A DNA stretch of 64,000 bases from an uncultured Candidatus Saccharibacteria bacterium (lineage in GTDB: Bacteria; Patescibacteriota; Andersenbacteria; UBA10190): NCBI GenBank assembly GCA_964371255.1, contig CAYJKV010000001.1, positions 163,140-227,139 on the forward strand, in the 5' to 3' direction. The translations under genes were made by a program, and so were the position numbers. Under the pieces are notes generated by a model. That model had not been told where the DNA came from. It saw nothing but the letters and a program-made list of their open reading frames with translations, and ran no database searches. Below, piece by piece: positions 18,969 through 28,299 of the stretch (position 1 is its first letter; each line of letters begins with the position of its first letter).

Positions 18969-19095
18969 GGATATCATACCAACCGAACTTGATGTCTGCT
19001 ATGCCAGTGACGGCCAAACCCCCTCAATCCCCCTTATCAGGGGGAAGAACGACAGTGGAATATAGCAGGAATTAACTTCGGTTGGTATCATAACC
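18969..19095. repeat. About 127 bp element bounded by 22 bp imperfect inverted repeats (GGATATCATACCAACCGAACTT ... AACTTCGGTTGGTATCATAACC) with an internal CCCCC-TTATCA-GGGGG hairpin; MITE-like or structured ncRNA
   Basis: Read directly. Lies in the convergent intergenic region between the nucleotidyltransferase and dehydrogenase genes. Confidence 0.5.
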
Positions 19096-19229
19096 AAAAG
19101 GAAGGAAAATAGAAAAAACTAGTCTTGGCCGACTGAGTGATAAACCCCACTGCGTCCGCTTCATCAGCGGACTACGCGAGGCGAGTGTTCATGACGACAC
19201 AGTGTGTGCTTTTGCTGTTCTGGGCAATA

Positions 19230-20570
19230 TTAGCCTCGACCGACGGAATGATATACAAATCCTTTGGTGGCCATGTCGGCGGGATCGAACATGTTGCGGC
19301 CGTCGATGATAATTGGATTTTTTAGAAGTGAAGACACTTTTTCCCAGTTAGGAGTTTTGAATTCGTCCCAATCGGTGAGAATTATCAAAGCATCGGCGTC
19401 TTTAAGAGGCTCATACATGTCCTTGCAATAAAGTAACTGATGACCCAGTTCAACTTTCGCAGTAGCGGTTGCTTCAGGGTCATAGGCATGGACGGAGGCG
19501 CCGTCGTTGTGAAGGTGTTCAATGATGGGCACGGAAGGGGCATTCCGCATGTCGTCGGTATTTGGTTTAAAAGCTAACCCCCAGACTGCGATTTTTTTAC
19601 CTTTAATGACCCAGAGAGCCTGCTCAATTTTTTGCAGGAACAAGGTACGGGCTTGTTTGTTAATCTTTTCCACCTCTTCCAATAAACCAAACTTGTAACC
19701 CAACTCCTCCGCGATCGTTATGAAGGCCGAGACGTCTTTGGGGAAGCAGGAGCCGCCATAGCCAATGCCGGCGTTTAGGAAGTGGGTATTAATGCGCGAA
19801 TCCATACCCATGCCTTGGGCGACGCGATCAATGTTGGCGCCAGAGAGCTCACAGATGCGGGCGACGGCATTGGCAAAGGAGATTTTCAACGCTAGAAAGG
19901 AGTTGCTGGCGTGTTTAATGAGTTCGGCGCTCTTGACGTCGGTGACGATAAATGGAGCGTCAATCGGGGCATATATTTCCCGCATAATTTTTTCTGCGCG
20001 CTGGTTGGATACACCGACCACTATGCGGTCTGGTTCGAGAAAATCTTTAATAGCTGATCCTTCGCGAAGGAATTCGGGATTGCTCACGATATCAAAATCA
20101 ATCTTTGCTCCTTGATGGTGGAGACCGCGCTTGGTATATTGCGCGATTGTTTGAGCTACCCTTTCACCGGTTTGCACTGGAACGGTGCTTTTGTCGACGA
20201 CAACTTTATAGCTAGTGGCTACTTCGGCAATTTCGCGAGCGGCGGCCGCGACATAAGATAAGTCAGCTTTCCCTGATGGCAGAGGCGGTGTGTTGACGGC
20301 TATAAAGATGACGTCGGAATCGTTTACGGCGTCTTTGAGACTGGAAGTGAAGGATAGGCGTTTGGCTTTGACATTTTTTGCGACTAACTTGTCCAAGCCG
20401 GGCTCATAGATAGGCATAACACCTTTTTTCAACTTGGCGATCTTCTCTTTGTTATTGTCGACAAGAATGACTTGGTGACCTATCTCGGACAAGGCAGTAC
20501 CAGAAACCAAACCAACATAACCGGCGCCGATGAATGACAAACGATGTTTTTTAAACTTAGTTTTGGGCAT
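19230..20570 (-). CDS. UDP-glucose/GDP-mannose dehydrogenase family protein (nucleotide-sugar 6-dehydrogenase)
   Basis: N-terminal Rossmann GAGYVGLVSG, catalytic Cys motif GGSCFPKD, and a C-terminal UDP-binding domain. Confidence 0.9.
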   Translation of the reverse strand: MPKTKFKKHRLSFIGAGYVGLVSGTALSEIGHQVILVDNNKEKIAKLKKGVMPIYEPGLDKLVAKNVKAKRLSFTSSLKDAVNDSDVIFIAVNTPPLPSGKADLSYVAAAAREIAEVATSYKVVVDKSTVPVQTGERVAQTIAQYTKRGLHHQGAKIDFDIVSNPEFLREGSAIKDFLEPDRIVVGVSNQRAEKIMREIYAPIDAPFIVTDVKSAELIKHASNSFLALKISFANAVARICELSGANIDRVAQGMGMDSRINTHFLNAGIGYGGSCFPKDVSAFITIAEELGYKFGLLEEVEKINKQARTLFLQKIEQALWVIKGKKIAVWGLAFKPNTDDMRNAPSVPIIEHLHNDGASVHAYDPEATATAKVELGHQLLYCKDMYEPLKDADALIILTDWDEFKTPNWEKVSSLLKNPIIIDGRNMFDPADMATKGFVYHSVGRG

Positions 20571-20740
20571 AAGAGGTTAAAGATTAATAAAAGATGTTTT
20601 TATTCTGTTGGTAAGAAGTGAGCTAATATGGCTGATTGAGGCCTTTGAGGACTGAGACTGTAGATCTAGAGGAGATTGATTTATCGATATGCGTCAAAGT
20701 TAGCAGATGTCGAGGGAGGGAGCAAGAGGGGAGGTAAATA

Positions 20741-20880
20741 CGAAATCCTAAATCATAAACTACGGAAATCCTAACTGACTTGATTAAATGACCAATGACC
20801 AATTCCCAATGTCCAATCAATCCGCCAGTTGGCGGACCAAACCCTAATGACCAAGAAGTTAGAAATCCGAAATCCTAAAC
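20741..20880 (+). repeat. Same repeat family in the divergent intergenic region between the NDP-sugar dehydrogenase gene and the MFS transporter gene; contains an embedded hairpin CCGCCAGTTGGCGG
   Basis: aaatcctaaatcataaac...aaatgaccaatgaccaattcccaatgtccaatcaatccgccagttggcgg...aaatccgaaatcctaaac. Confidence 0.6.
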
Positions 20881-20967
20881 ACAGACTAATTTTTGAGTCT
20901 TAAACTGTGACTGTTCGCTTTTTTAAAAATATGGGAGCCGGAGCGGCGGGGTGTTATACTGCAGCAC

Positions 20968-22119
20968 ATGCAGGGGTTACGTAATTTATTTGCCCTAAGG
21001 TCTAAACGGGAATTGATGGAACTCTATGGATTCTCTGTTCTATATTCCTTCGCGGCGGCATTGATCCTGATTTTCGAGCCGGTCTTCTTCTTTGTCGAAG
21101 GTTTTTCCTTGGCTTGGATTGCCGGTTATTACGCGGCCCATTATATCTTATACCTGATTTTATTGCCGATTGGAGCCAGGTTGGCCGGACGGTTTGGCAT
21201 GGAGAGGTCGCTGGCGGTTTCCATGCCGCTGTTTGTCGTTTATTTCTTAACATTGGCCACCATCCCAACCTTCCCAGGACTTTTTTATATGGCCTGGATC
21301 TTATTGTCGTTATTTAAGACGTTTTACTGGCCGGCTTACCATGCGGAGATTAGCAAGTTTGGTGACCAGAGAAACTTGGGAACAGAAATTTCTTGGTTGA
21401 TGGCTATTAATAGCGGGGTTGGCGTGTTCGGTCCCCTGATCGGCGGAGTGGTGGTGACAATATTCGGTTTTCCGGTGTTGTTTGTCATGGCAGCCTGTTT
21501 AGCATTAGTGGCAGGATTTCCTCTGCTGAGAACGAAAGAAAGGCTTAAACCAGTGAAAATTAAATATGCCACACCGTGGAAACTGTTGAGTCAGGACAGT
21601 CTAAGAATGGTGCGATGGGGAATGGCGGGCTGGGCGGCGGATTTAGTTTATTTGGTATTTTGGCCAATCATGATGTTTACTGTGCTAGGGACAGCCAGTT
21701 CACTTGGTTTAGTATCGTCACTGAATGCTTTGGTGATGACAGCGGTAGGTTTTGTAGTGGGTGAAGCCAGTGATCGGATGGCCAGACGGAAGATTTTGCG
21801 GTTTCATCTGCCCTTCATGGTGATTGGTTATCTGCTAGGTCCTTTGGCCGGTGGAGCGATGAGAGTGTTTCTCACGGACACTTTAATGAAGGTGTCTTAT
21901 GTCGGGGTGCAGTTACCTATGTGGTATCGACTTTATCAGCGGGGAGGGCGGGTGGGGCCTTTGTTATACGCCACGGTATTAGAGATGCTAATTTGTATAT
22001 TTAAGGCGTTGTGCGCGCTTGTCTTGGTCATAATATTTTCGACGACAGCGCCAGCGGCTGGATTAGGGATCGCGTTCGTGATGGCGGCGGTGATGAGTCT
22101 TTTCTTCGTGTTTATATAA
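20968..22119 (+). CDS. MFS-type transporter-like membrane protein
   Basis: About 12 TM segments and an MFS motif A-like loop (LPIGARLAGRFGMERS). The start is 9 nt after TTATACT, with no SD. Confidence 0.72.
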   Translation: MQGLRNLFALRSKRELMELYGFSVLYSFAAALILIFEPVFFFVEGFSLAWIAGYYAAHYILYLILLPIGARLAGRFGMERSLAVSMPLFVVYFLTLATIPTFPGLFYMAWILLSLFKTFYWPAYHAEISKFGDQRNLGTEISWLMAINSGVGVFGPLIGGVVVTIFGFPVLFVMAACLALVAGFPLLRTKERLKPVKIKYATPWKLLSQDSLRMVRWGMAGWAADLVYLVFWPIMMFTVLGTASSLGLVSSLNALVMTAVGFVVGEASDRMARRKILRFHLPFMVIGYLLGPLAGGAMRVFLTDTLMKVSYVGVQLPMWYRLYQRGGRVGPLLYATVLEMLICIFKALCALVLVIIFSTTAPAAGLGIAFVMAAVMSLFFVFI

Positions 22120-22233
22120 AACTAACCTTGCTATCAGAAAGGTGTGGTATCTGGAGTGAGATGCGTCCCTTGGACCGCGTAGCGCGCGGGGCAGACACCC
22201 GCATGGGATTAACAAAATGGTATCAGGGGTTAG

Positions 22234-22316
22234 TGCCGGGAGTGGGACTCGAACCCACAAGGTCTAGGACCACACGCTTTTGAGGCGTGCGCGTATACCA
22301 GTTCCGCCATCCCGGC
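22234..22316 (-). tRNA. tRNA-Leu (anticodon CAA), long variable arm, CCA not encoded
   Basis: Reverse complement folds by hand. Acceptor GCCGGGA/TCCCGGC, D-stem GCG/CGC, anticodon stem CACGC/GCGTG with loop CTCAAAA (anticodon CAA), a roughly 15 nt variable arm, T-arm GTGGG-TTCGAGT-CCCAC, discriminator A. Confidence 0.85.
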
Positions 22317-22596
22317 TTGTTCATAAATTACAAGATGGCTGATGACTAGAATACATGGTTTTGTCGGCTAATTCCAGCTAGGTTGAGCGATGGGCTGGTA
22401 AAATGTGCCGCAGGCGCCTGCTCATGGTAATATAACAGAAGGCAGCGCTCTTAAGGTGTGAGTAAATTGTGATTAAGTTAGTTGTGCTTCAAGGCTGGAT
22501 GTGTCTACACTTAGGATATATTAAACGAGGAAATTTTTAATTTTATAGTGTCCTTCTTACTTATTTAGCATAAAGCGCAGCGCATAATGAAGTTAT

Positions 22597-23361
22597 ATGA
22601 GTGAAGTATTGGCGGTGACTAATCAAAAAGGGGGAGTAGGCAAAACGACCACCAGTATAAATTTGGGCAGTTACTTGGCGGCGGCAGGAGCTAAGGTGGC
22701 AATTATAGACTTGGACCCGCAGGCCAATGCCACATCAGGTCTGGGGATTAAGGTCACGGAGGAGACACCAACATTATACGAGGTGCTGACAGGCCAAGTG
22801 GATGCGACTAAAGCTTTGCAGGCGACCGATCATGATAATTTGAACATTATTCCGTCAAACACTAATTTGGCTGGAGCAGCGATTGAATTGATGGACAAGC
22901 CTTATCGGGAGTACAGATTGCGCCGGGCCGTAAGAGCCCTGAAGGAATATTATGATTTTATTTTAATTGATTGCCCGCCCAGTTTGGGATTATTAACGAT
23001 TAACGGTTTAGTGGCGGCAGATCGTTTGCTGATACCGGTCCAGTGTGAATTTTTTGCAGTGGAAGGCCTGAGCCAGTTGCTGGAAACAGTGGAGTTGGTC
23101 CGGGCTCACTTGAATCCCCGGCTGCAAGTATTGGGAGCGCTGCTGACTATGTATGATCGAAGAACGGCTATGGCGCGAAAAATTGTTAAGCAAGTGCGCC
23201 AGACCTTTCCGGGCCATGTGTTCGAAAGTGTCATACCGAGAAATACCGAGCTGGCGGAGGCGCCAAGTAAAGGCCGGTCTATTTTAGGTTATGCTAAGTA
23301 TTCGAGAGGGGCGAAAGCTTATGAATTTTTATCCGCTGAACTAATTAATCTATATAAATGA
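22597..23361 (+). CDS. parA: Chromosome partitioning ATPase ParA/Soj
   Basis: Deviant Walker A KGGVGKTTT with ParA-family architecture. Stop overlaps the parB start (ATGA). Confidence 0.9.
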   Translation: MSEVLAVTNQKGGVGKTTTSINLGSYLAAAGAKVAIIDLDPQANATSGLGIKVTEETPTLYEVLTGQVDATKALQATDHDNLNIIPSNTNLAGAAIELMDKPYREYRLRRAVRALKEYYDFILIDCPPSLGLLTINGLVAADRLLIPVQCEFFAVEGLSQLLETVELVRAHLNPRLQVLGALLTMYDRRTAMARKIVKQVRQTFPGHVFESVIPRNTELAEAPSKGRSILGYAKYSRGAKAYEFLSAELINLYK

Positions 23362-24761
23362 TGAAAAATGTATTTCGAGGGGGATTAAGATCATTAATAC
23401 CTAACCGTAAGGTGCAGGACGCTGATGAAGTGTTAGATGAATTAGAAGAAGATGAATTGGACCAAGAAGAGGAAACCGAAGAAGCAAAACCACGACGTAA
23501 GCTGCCAATTCAAGTGGAAGGTGAGCAAGGGGATGATGAAGAGATGACACAAGAGCAACCGATGGAAAAGCCTGGCGGCGGGCAGGAAGATGAAGAATTA
23601 TGGCAGGCGCCTGCCGCACCGAAGGTAACGCCGCTACGGATCGATTTTGATGACGATGAAGGGCCTGATCTGAGATTGCAACAAAAAAAGACTCGGCCTG
23701 CCAGTGCGCCAGTACCGGTAAAGCAAAAAGAAACCATAGCTAAAAAGGAAGAACTGGTCAGGGAGAAGAAGCCAGCAGCGGAAAATAAAACAGTAGAGCT
23801 GGAACAGGAAGTGAAGCGAGACGAAAAAGAGGCAACGGTAAACGTCAATCCACCAGTGAGTGTGGCAGCAAAACCGACCAGTGGAAATATTTGGGATAAA
23901 CACGAGGGAGATGTACAACACGTGAAAGTGGATGAAATTGGGATAAATCCGAACCAGCCGCGTCGCCAGTTTGATAAAGTCGATATGGGAGAGTTGAAAA
24001 GCTCGATTGCCCAACACGGCATATTGCAGCCGTTAGTGGTGCGACGCACGGAGGATGGATTTGAATTGGTGGCGGGAGAGCGGCGCCTGCGCGCGGCCAG
24101 GGATTTGGGTTGGGAAAAAGTACCGTGTGTGATCAGACGGGACGTGACCTCCGGGGCATCACGTTTAGAATTGGCGTTAATTGAGAATATTCAAAGAGAA
24201 GACTTGAATCCGGTGGAAGAAGCGTTGGCATACAAGCAACTCAATGAAGAATACGGGATGACGCATGAAGAGATTGGCGAGCGAGTGGGGCGGAGCCGAG
24301 TCGGCATAACTAATATTATTAGGGTGCTGCAGCTGCCGGAAGAAATACAGCGCGGGCTAATTGACAACAAGATCTCGCCGGGACATGCCAAGGCGATTTT
24401 GATGATACCGGACGAAGAAAAACAATTGCGCTTCTATCGGCACTTAGTGGAGGAAGGACTGACGGTTCGCAAGGCGGAAACCCGAGCCCGCCGGATCCAG
24501 CGAACGATGCGATTGGATGATCCAATGCGTCGGAAGCGCAAGGGCAGGACCGCGTTTGAGATGAAGTACAGCGGTGTGTTAGAAGACCGGTATGGTTTTG
24601 ATGCCAAGGTGCGGTTTGATGAGCACAAAAATCGTTATGAAGTAGTATTTCGATGCTTCAATAAGGATGAGATAGATCAGCTGCTTGGCCGTTTAACGGG
24701 AACAGAGTCGCTGCCAGAAGAAAGCCAAGATAAAGACGTGATTGAGGCAGACGAAGACTAG
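23358..24761 (+). CDS. parB: Chromosome partitioning protein ParB/Spo0J with an unusually long acidic/Lys-rich N-terminal extension (about 200 aa)
   Basis: ParB box GERRLRAAR, an HTH, and a C-terminal dimerisation region. The N-terminus is low-complexity D/E/K-rich. Confidence 0.88.
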   Translation: MMKNVFRGGLRSLIPNRKVQDADEVLDELEEDELDQEEETEEAKPRRKLPIQVEGEQGDDEEMTQEQPMEKPGGGQEDEELWQAPAAPKVTPLRIDFDDDEGPDLRLQQKKTRPASAPVPVKQKETIAKKEELVREKKPAAENKTVELEQEVKRDEKEATVNVNPPVSVAAKPTSGNIWDKHEGDVQHVKVDEIGINPNQPRRQFDKVDMGELKSSIAQHGILQPLVVRRTEDGFELVAGERRLRAARDLGWEKVPCVIRRDVTSGASRLELALIENIQREDLNPVEEALAYKQLNEEYGMTHEEIGERVGRSRVGITNIIRVLQLPEEIQRGLIDNKISPGHAKAILMIPDEEKQLRFYRHLVEEGLTVRKAETRARRIQRTMRLDDPMRRKRKGRTAFEMKYSGVLEDRYGFDAKVRFDEHKNRYEVVFRCFNKDEIDQLLGRLTGTESLPEESQDKDVIEADED

Positions 24762-25202
24762 ATTACGTAATTTAAGATGGTAGCGGGGGAGTCTTATATT
24801 GTGTCACTTTTTTAAAAACCCCCCTACGGTATTGCAGGGCTGAGAGTGAAACGCATAATCCTTGATCCGAATTGTAGAGCATGGCTTAGGTTACGTCCTT
24901 AATGATCAGGGCATACATGTTATTAAGGATAGTTAGATTCCGTCGTCTTTGTCGCGTAACAATGTATCCCGTGCTTTGACCGGTCGACCGTCGAGGTAAT
25001 AACACCACGACTCACCGTCCTCAAATAGCTCTAGCGGCATGGGCTCTGTCATGTGTTGGTCGATCATTGGCAACCTCGATTGTTCAGGAAATAGATGGTA
25101 GGGACGGCGATGCAGTTGGAAGGCCTAGGACAAAAAAACACCGCCAACGAGGACGGTGAATAACGAACAACAGAGTCATTTACGCTGCGAAGGCTGCCAC
25201 GC

Positions 25203-25610
25203 TCATACCCCGTCTCGATGCTGCCACGTTAGATGATTACCGTCATAGCCATCGGCAATCATAAGGCAGTTACCGTGCACAACATCAAGAACTGTGAACA
25301 GCGCAAAACCATAACAAAGGCGTGCTGGCAGCTCCTTGCCAATATTGTAGTGCGCTCCTTCGGGACCAGTAAGTGCTGGACCAGGTCCTACTTGGAGAAC
25401 AACAATACGATCTCCGGTCTGGTCAACAAAGGTTCCAAGAAACTTCAGGTAAGCACCTCCTCCATAACTCGAGTAGAAGTTTTCTTGGTTCTTGCCTTCA
25501 AGAGGAAAATCATACCCGATAAAGAGGCTAGTTGTCCTCAGCGGTCTACCTGCTCGGTCTTTCCACTCGCTCATATTAAGTCTCCAGTCCAGAAAGTGGT
25601 GATAAAACAT
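25203..25610 (-). CDS. Hypothetical protein in a compositionally atypical gap downstream of topA (possibly a gene remnant)
   Basis: 135 aa ORF (internal M at codon 13), higher GC than neighbours, no recognisable motifs. Weak call. Confidence 0.35.
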   Translation of the reverse strand: MFYHHFLDWRLNMSEWKDRAGRPLRTTSLFIGYDFPLEGKNQENFYSSYGGGAYLKFLGTFVDQTGDRIVVLQVGPGPALTGPEGAHYNIGKELPARLCYGFALFTVLDVVHGNCLMIADGYDGNHLTWQHRDGV

Positions 25611-25761
25611 GTGCTAGAACTTCGTGTCGTTGCTTGGTGTTGATCCAGCAACACAAGGCTGGATTGAGGTGGGAAGCGCGTTGGTGAATTGCATAGTGAA
25701 CAAGGGTATAGTATTACAGCCCAATCTATGGTTTGTCAACCTCACTGACAGATGTTGTGTT

Positions 25762-27999
25762 TTAGTCTGGAGCCGGGGCGGTGTAGCTGCATTCTTTATT
25801 GGAGCAGCGGACAGTATTTTTCGCGGCAAAAACGACCAGACTTTGGCACATCGGACACTTGTCGCCAGTTGGTTTGCTCCAGTAGGCATTCTCGCATTTG
25901 GGGTATTGGTTGCAGGCGTAGAAAACCCGGCCGCGTTTGGATTTTTTCTCGACGATGTCGCCTTCATTACATTTAGGACATTTTACACCGACGGTCTTTT
26001 CAATTTTCTTAATAAATTTGCAGTCGGGATAACCGGAGCAGCCCATAAACGGTCCGAAGCGGCCGCGCTTAAGAGTCAAGGGTTTGCCACAATCAGGACA
26101 GGTTTCTTTAGCGGCTAGTTGCTCCAATTCTTTATCCGGTCCGATGTTCTCGGTGAATTTACAGTCAGGATAATTGCTGCACGCTTTGAATTTACCGAAG
26201 CGTCCCAGTTTGATAACTAATTCATTCTGGCATTTAGGACATGACTCGCCGGTTTTTTCCTGGGTTAGTTCATCCTTATTGAGTTCTTTTTGTTTCTGCT
26301 TGATGGTCTTATGAAATGGTCCGTAGAATTCTTTAATAATTGGCTGCCATTTCTTTTTACCGGAGGCGATTTGATCTAAATCGGCTTCAACAAGAGCGGT
26401 AAAGTCAGTATCCACGATGGTGGGGAAATGATCTTTTAATAAATTAGTGACCAGTGTACCGATTTCGGTGGGTTCTAATCTTTTCGCGTCATTTTTTTGT
26501 ACGTACTCTCTTTTTTGAACGGTATCGATGGTGGGGGCATAGGTGCTTGGCCGGCCAATACCAAAGTGTTCCAATGCTTTAACGAGGGTGGCTTCCGAGT
26601 AGCGGGCGGGCGGCTCCGTAAAGTGTTGCTCGGGTGCGAGCTTGAGGAAATCCAGTTGATCTTTAGCGGCTAGCGCGGGCAGCAAGGCTTCCTTAAAGTA
26701 AGCTTTGTCCTGAGAGAAAGCACGGGTATAGCCGGGGAAAGCGATAGTGGTGCCAATAGCTTTAAATTGAAATGAGTGGTTGTCAGTCTGTTTAGCAGGA
26801 ACTGCGTCAATTAAAGCCGTGACCATTTTTAGTTTGGCATCAGCCATTTGGCTGGCAATCATGCGCTCCCAGATTAACCGATATAGTTTTAGTTGATCGG
26901 GAGAGAGATAGGCGGTGATTTGCTCCGGCAGGCGGGACGGTTTGGTGGGACGGATTGCCTCATGCGCTTCCTGCGCGCCCTTGGACTTGTTTTTGAATTT
27001 GCGAGCCTCCGGTAGAGCAAAGTCTGGTCCAAAATTTTGCGTGATAACGTCATGGGCTTGTTTTGTTGCCTCATCGGCGAGGCTGACAGAGTCAGTACGC
27101 ATATAAGTAATCAAACCGACGGGACCTTTGGCTCCGAGTTCGATACCTTCATATAACTGCTGGGCTAACATCATGGTTTTTTTACTGGAAAAACCAAGTT
27201 TACTAAAGGCTGTTTGCTGCAGCGTACTGGTGGTGAAAGGGGGCGGAGCAGATCGTTTCTTATCGGTCGTCGCAACATCGTTCACAATGTAGGCGGCTGA
27301 GCCGAGTGCTTTTAAGATGGTGTCCACTTCCGTTTTGGACTTAAGGTCCTTCTTGGCCACTTTTTGGCCGTTATTAATAAATATTTCGGCGGTAAAGGGT
27401 GTATCGTTCTTGGATAAATGAGCAGTCAAAGACCAATACTCTTCAGGTTTGAAAGCATTGATTTCTTCTTCGCGTTCGACGATCAAGCGGACCGCGACGG
27501 ATTGCACACGCCCAGCGGAAAGACCGCGACGGATTTTTTTCCAGAGCAGGGGGGAAAGTTCGTAACCAACTAGCCGATCTAGAATGCGGCGGGCTTGCTG
27601 CGCGTCCACCAAATTCTGATCGATGGAGCGGGGATTAGTAATGGCTTTTTGAATAGCCGACTTAGTAATTTCATCGAAAGTGATGCGTTGGCAGGTGGCG
27701 GGATCGGCGCCAAGAATGTTAGCCAGATGCCAGGCAATGGCTTCTCCTTCACGATCTTCGTCAGTGGCGAAGTAAATCTCGGCAGCGTGCTTGGCAGATT
27801 TTTTTAACGCCGCGACGTTTTTTTTCGCTTTGTCTGGAATAACATAGGTGGGCAAGAAGTTCTTTTTTGTATCGACGCCGAGTTTGCTTTTAGGCAGATC
27901 GCGGATATGGCCGTAACTGCTGGTTACCTTATATCCAGTGCCTAGATATTTCTGAATTGTTTTCGCTTTGGCCGGTGACTCGACAATGACTAATTTCAT
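25762..27999 (-). CDS. topA: DNA topoisomerase I with C-terminal Cys4 zinc-ribbon repeats
   Basis: TOPRIM N-terminus (MKLVIVESPAKAKTI), the catalytic Tyr region, and three C-terminal CxxC...CxxC zinc ribbons. Confidence 0.95.
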   Translation of the reverse strand: MKLVIVESPAKAKTIQKYLGTGYKVTSSYGHIRDLPKSKLGVDTKKNFLPTYVIPDKAKKNVAALKKSAKHAAEIYFATDEDREGEAIAWHLANILGADPATCQRITFDEITKSAIQKAITNPRSIDQNLVDAQQARRILDRLVGYELSPLLWKKIRRGLSAGRVQSVAVRLIVEREEEINAFKPEEYWSLTAHLSKNDTPFTAEIFINNGQKVAKKDLKSKTEVDTILKALGSAAYIVNDVATTDKKRSAPPPFTTSTLQQTAFSKLGFSSKKTMMLAQQLYEGIELGAKGPVGLITYMRTDSVSLADEATKQAHDVITQNFGPDFALPEARKFKNKSKGAQEAHEAIRPTKPSRLPEQITAYLSPDQLKLYRLIWERMIASQMADAKLKMVTALIDAVPAKQTDNHSFQFKAIGTTIAFPGYTRAFSQDKAYFKEALLPALAAKDQLDFLKLAPEQHFTEPPARYSEATLVKALEHFGIGRPSTYAPTIDTVQKREYVQKNDAKRLEPTEIGTLVTNLLKDHFPTIVDTDFTALVEADLDQIASGKKKWQPIIKEFYGPFHKTIKQKQKELNKDELTQEKTGESCPKCQNELVIKLGRFGKFKACSNYPDCKFTENIGPDKELEQLAAKETCPDCGKPLTLKRGRFGPFMGCSGYPDCKFIKKIEKTVGVKCPKCNEGDIVEKKSKRGRVFYACNQYPKCENAYWSKPTGDKCPMCQSLVVFAAKNTVRCSNKECSYTAPAPD

Positions 28000-28150
28000 A
28001 AATTAAAAAAAATAGAAGGGACCGGGTGAAGTGCAATATAAATTAATCAATATTTGAATAGTATAGCGTATTGATATATGTAAATGGTATCTGGTGTCAA
28101 ATAGGAAATGAAAAAGTCAAAATCCAAATTATGAATATGTAGTTCTGAAT

Positions 28151-28182
28151 AACATTACGATATTATGTAATATCGTAATGTT
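28151..28182. promoter_or_regulatory. 12-6-12 palindrome ACATTACGATAT-TATGTA-ATATCGTAATGT, copy A, between the dprA stop and topA start
   Basis: Read directly from the sequence. Perfect 12 bp inverted arms with an asymmetric 6 bp spacer. Confidence 0.7.
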
Positions 28183-28215
28183 ATGAGAAAAGAATTGGCA
28201 TAATTTTAACCGGTT

Positions 28216-28247
28216 ATTATTACGATATTATGTAATATCATAATAAT
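28216..28247. promoter_or_regulatory. Same palindrome, copy B (variant ...ATATCATAATAAT), 65 bp from copy A, same orientation
   Basis: Core TTACGATATTATGTAATATC(A)TAA is identical apart from one position. Confidence 0.65.
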
Positions 28248-28299
28248 CAGATAACAAGAAGCGGATTGGTAAATCGATGGATCAACTTTGAGCGGATGG

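Noticed and set aside
22410-22421. Perfect 12 bp palindrome GCAGGCGCCTGC upstream of parA as a parS-like site
   Set aside because: It does not resemble the parS consensus, and it is a single short GC palindrome of a size expected by chance.
25624-26118. 164 aa plus-strand ORF
   Set aside because: Antisense to the 3' end of topA.
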